Assembly: GCF_964355755.1 (NCBI RefSeq)
Contig: NC_092673.1
Location: 18,411,648 to 18,475,647, forward strand
Direction of reading: 5' to 3'
DNA: 64,000 bases
Origin: Antedon mediterranea
Lineage: Eukaryota; Animalia; Echinodermata
Position numbers and translations under genes: made by a program. Below, piece after piece: positions 61,101 through 64,000 of this stretch; position 1 is the first letter of the stretch, and each line of letters begins with the position of its first letter. The notes under the pieces were generated by a model. It saw only the letters and a list, made by a program, of their open reading frames with translations, was not told the origin of the DNA and made no database searches.

Positions 61101-64000
61101 CATTGATTAAAACAGTAACATTTGTTTTTTTATAATATATTAAATATTAAATATTATATTTATATGGATTTATAAACACACCTACTGTATTCTTAATTAT
61201 GTCAACAAACAACCAAACAATCCTAGGCATAGAAAGGCTAAAACGCCTAGACTAGGCCTAGCCTAATACTAACAGGCCTAGGCCTACTCTTACTCTAGCT
61301 AGGCTGAAAGGCAGCAGACACTTCGACAGGCAACTGGAACTCATCTAGGCTAATTATGTTTTTTCCAATGATTCCACATCTTGTAGAGATGTTCCCATTA
61401 ATTGATCAAAATTCTACAAACAATCTAAAGCTAATTTAAATGCCTTTTTGATCCAAATGCAAATTATTTTTTTTTGTACACGAAAAAAAGTACTATTAAA
61501 CAATCATTTTAATAGTGCCTACTATTGCACTCCATGTGACCAACAATCAACCAATCAAATGACAGGGATTTATTTACATTGTTACAACATGGTTTTATTA
61601 GCTGTGATATCTTCATTCCTCAGTAGTAGCACTATCAGAATCATTATTGATAATCTATACGTTGTTACAACATGCTGCTATTAGCTATGATATCTTCATT
61701 CCTCTTACCAGTAGTAGCACTATCAGAATCAGTATAGATAATCTATACATGCTACTATTAGCTGTGATATCTTCATTCCTCTTACCAGTAGTAGTACTAT
61801 CAGAATCATTATTGACAATCTATACATTGTTACAACATGCTGCTATTAGCTGTGATATCTTCATTCCTCTTACCATAGTAGTACTATCAGAATCATTATA
61901 GGTAATCTATACATTGTTACAACATGCTACTATTAGCTGTGATATCTTCATTCCTCTACCAGTAGTAGTACTATCAGAATCATTATTGACAATCTATACA
62001 TTGTTACAACATGCTACTATTAGCTGTGATATCTTCATTACTCTTACCAGTAGTAGTACTATCAGAATCATTATTGATAATCTATACATTGTTACAACAT
62101 GATGCTATTAGCTGTGTTATCTTCATTCCTCTACCAGTAGTAGTACTATCAGAATCATTATTGACAATCTATACATTGTTACAACATGCTACTATTAGCT
62201 GTGATATCTTCATTACTCTTACCAGTAGTAGTACTATCAGAATCATTATTGACAATCTATACATTGTTACAACATGCTACTATTAGCTGTGATATCTTCA
62301 TTCCTCTACCAGTAGTAGTACTATCAGAATCATTATTGATAATCTATACATTGTTACAACATGCTGCTATTAGCTGTGCTATCTTCATTCCTCTACCAGT
62401 AGTAGTACTATCAGAATCATTATTGATAATCTATACATTGTTACAACATGCTGCTATTAGCTGTGATATCTTCATTACTCTTACCAATAGTAGTACTATC
62501 AGAATCATTATTGATAATCTATACATGCTACTATTAGCTGTGATATCTTCATTCCTCTTACCAGTAGTAGTACTATCAGAATCATTATTGATAATCTATA
62601 CATTGTTACAACATGCTGCTATTAGCTGTGATATCTTCATTCCTCTTACCAGTAGTAGTACTATCAGAATCATTATTGATAATCTATACATTGTTACAAC
62701 ATGATGCTATTAGCTGTGATATCTTCATTCCTCTTAACAGTAGTAGTACTATCAGAATCATTATTGATAATCTATACACTGTTACAACATGCTGCTATTA
62801 GCTGTGATATCTTCATTCCTCTTACCAGTAGTAGTACTATCAGAATCATTATTGATAATAGCTGTGACATCTTGTAAAGTGGATAAATATTTTTATTTTA
62901 TTTGCAGACGAAAGTGGGCCAAAAGAAAGGAAAGGAAGAAAAACGGATCAAGGTAATTGATTGAAATATGTTGGAAAATAAGAGAGAGAAAATAAAACAA
63001 ATTGAATATTTACAGCATCTCAAACTGGTTTTGGTCAGAATTGGGGGAAACAATAATGATATATATCTCTTGGTATCTTTATTTTATTTTATTCCAATCC
63101 AAAAAAGCTGAATTGGAGATTTTTTCCAAAGGCTAAATTTTTACAAATTATAAATTTCACATACTTTTTCAAATAAATATTATAAATTTTAAACAGTTTA
63201 AGAATTACACATAAAACAAGAAGAAAAAAAAACATTTAAAGTCATTATTATTTAAGAATTAAGCAGACAAGTGAGATATAGAAGAAGCGGTCATTTATTA
63301 TATCTGGATAATGAGACACCAAATTGTCCATATGCATTTTATCATATTTTAACTTTTAATCGCTTTTTAAAGATTTTGTGCAATAATGTATGTGTTCTAT
63401 ATTTTAATTTTTTGTTTATATTATATATTATATATATCGGTTTTTTATCGTACTAATATTTGCCAATCTTTAAGAAGAATTTCTATTGTTATGTTATTAT
63501 GATAATGGACAAATGAAGCTTTTCAATATTTCATTAATTTTTCATTTGCAGGAAATACAATGGCAGATTCTGAAACTTTGAACAGTTTCCAAGACCTAAA
63601 AGGTGGTCTCAGTGGGTACTTTGATGGTGAAAGATACCATTGGCTGAGGTTCCTACTATTTGATCAATTGGATGTCGGGGACCTTACAAATAAAGATTTC
63701 AATGGACATGACTTACTCAATACACTTGAAGACAAAGGTTTCATCTCACCAACCAATGTTAACTTGCTGTTAGAGATTACAAATACATCTGAAATCCAAC
63801 AGGCCAAAGATCTTGTATCAAAGTATATGAGAGACAACAACATTCAGGATAGACATACTGGTAAAGCTAAGTTGTCACCTTACAGAAAGCGACTGTTTAA
63901 GGCCCTGAAACAAGTTGACCGAGATGCATTACGTAATGTTACTGCTTACTATGACTTGACAAAATATAACTTCTCCAATGTATGGGATGCAGTTCTCTAT
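52109..64000 (+). CDS. Roco-family ROC-COR module 2 followed by a linker and tandem DED (3'-incomplete)
   Basis: Exons 52109-52274 (GQEGVGKT), 52506-52591, 52959-53023, 53495-53828 (His/Asp repeat), 54579-54721 (YDHGGQ), 57004-57093, 57194-57373, 57595-57843, 58166-58351, 58495-58689, 58892-59194, 59291-59362, 60529-60745, 62908-62952, 63552 to beyond 64000 (DED). Intron positions match module 1; no frameshifts or stops seen. Confidence 0.88.
53080..53203. mobile_element. Short fold-back insertion, Penelope-like
   Basis: Inverted repeat (GATATCAATCTAGT...ACTAGATTGATATC), an ACTACCTGGATGAGAATATTCA tail, and an 11-bp direct repeat GCATTTATACT on both sides. Confidence 0.65.
53495..53828 (+). 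CDS. His/Asp-rich exon inside ROC 2 with a 27-bp repeat (DNHSKDDDH)n
   Basis: tag/GTT ... CATG/gtaatg; 334 nt, phase 0-1, the same phases as the 25-nt equivalent exon 45573-45597. Confidence 0.75.
55330..56895. mobile_element. Copy of the 9932-11785 repeat family carrying a nested MITE
   Basis: Extensive identity to 9932-10605 and 10610-11785. Confidence 0.8.
55358..55990. mobile_element. TTAA-flanked MITE (Kolobok-like) nested in the repeat
   Basis: TTAA/AGACCCCTTCCCT ... AGGGAATGGGGCT/TTAA. The empty site CTTAGAGGTTAAATATAAG is seen at ~9953. Confidence 0.8.
60852..61580. mobile_element. Second copy of the long-hairpin repeat at 29971-30885, same orientation
   Basis: Colinear identity, with an internal deletion near 61460. 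Confidence 0.8.
61596..62870. repeat. ~89-bp minisatellite, about 14-15 copies
   Basis: Unit TATTAGCTGTGATATCTTCATTCCTCTTACCAGTAGTAGTACTATCAGAATCATTATTGATAATCTATACATTGTTACAACATGCTGC. Confidence 0.95.
63552..64000 (+). CDS. Tandem DED exon, runs off the window
   Basis: cag acceptor, phase 1; WLRFLLFDQL...DLLNTLEDKGFISPTNVNLLLEI...LSPYRKRLF resembles caspase-8/cFLIP-type tandem DEDs. Confidence 0.8.

Noticed and set aside
61647-62801. Overlapping Leu/Ile-rich ORFs
   Set aside because: Produced by the ~89-bp minisatellite.
43437-64000. Assigning LRRK2, DAPK1 or MFHAS1 symbols
   Set aside because: No kinase, LRR or WD40 domain is seen and orthology cannot be shown; probably a lineage-specific Roco.

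Overview
AT-rich animal genomic DNA with spliceosomal introns. It is probably from an invertebrate deuterostome such as an echinoderm, but that is inferred from the domain repertoire only. Reading GT-AG exons by hand gives a + strand cluster of death-effector-domain (DED) signalling genes that the ORF track mostly misses. Gene A (5' end probably upstream of the window, ending at 32720) has a tandem array of ~330-bp units, each holding one ankyrin-repeat exon. The introns are almost identical, but the exons vary mainly at the ligand-binding positions. The array is followed by ZU5-UPA, low-complexity linkers and two phase-compatible tandem-DED terminal exons. Gene B (43437 to beyond 64000) has two complete, intact ROC-COR (Roco GTPase) modules in tandem that can splice in frame, followed by tandem DEDs. 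The introns hold Helitrons, several MITE types, LINE remnants, Penelope-like hairpins, a hammerhead-like motif, a 5S-derived sequence and a 6.8-kb 69-bp minisatellite amplified from a LINE reverse-transcriptase motif. All exon models were built by hand and have no transcript support.
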